Virus record (IMG/VR): IMGVR_UViG_3300013901_000001
Length of the DNA: 64,000 nt
Direction: 5' to 3' (one strand)
Origin: a virus
A program made the position numbers and the translations under genes. A model generated the notes under the pieces. It was not told the DNA's origin. It did no database searches and saw only the letters and a program-made list of their open reading frames with translations. Positions 63,989 to 64,000 of this stretch are shown piece by piece. Numbering within the stretch: position 1 is the first letter of the stretch; each line of letters opens with the position of its first letter.

Positions 63989-64000
63989 GAAAGAAATTGA

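Overview
The window reads as most of one temperate, siphovirus-like dsDNA phage genome. The host is probably a low-GC Gram-positive, likely clostridial (inference from gene content). The genome appears to be in its excised form, because a tyrosine integrase sits next to an intact attP-like site.

Gene order:
- 1-16.3 kb: early recombination and replication genes (RecT-like, SSB, MBL-fold hydrolase, C5 and N6/N4 DNA methyltransferases, SNF2 helicase, replisome organiser).
- 16.5-28 kb: small serine recombinase, integrase, attP and accessory cargo.
- 28.4-31.3 kb: a minus-strand micro-operon and a repeat-dense stretch with ribbon-helix-helix (RHH) proteins.
- 31.3-55.8 kb: packaging, head, tail and fibre genes, interrupted at 32.1-35.3 kb by an island carrying a recombinase and tRNA-Gln.
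- 55.7-57.8 kb: a diversity-generating retroelement (DGR).
- 58.1-60.1 kb: lysis genes.
- 60.2-64 kb: lysogeny switch and first early genes.

Most notable observations:
1. One DGR template repeat matches three variable repeats. One is in a tail-fibre-type protein. The other two lie 41 and 48 kb away in small paralogous proteins inside the early region, with no fibre-attachment domain and no signal peptide.
2. A multispecific cytosine-5 methyltransferase has its frame broken six times. Four breaks fall exactly at simple-sequence repeats: (ACTT)5, (GAGCA)11, G10 and G9.
3. Several unexplained nucleic-acid structures are present: three tandem perfect hairpins with one conserved 9-nt loop, tRNA-like minihelices flanking a 37-codon ORF, a 43-bp palindromic direct repeat bracketing 12.4 kb, iteron arrays, and a GC-rich structured non-coding block next to tRNA-Gln.

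Functional calls rest on motifs visible in the translations and on gene order. No database search was possible.
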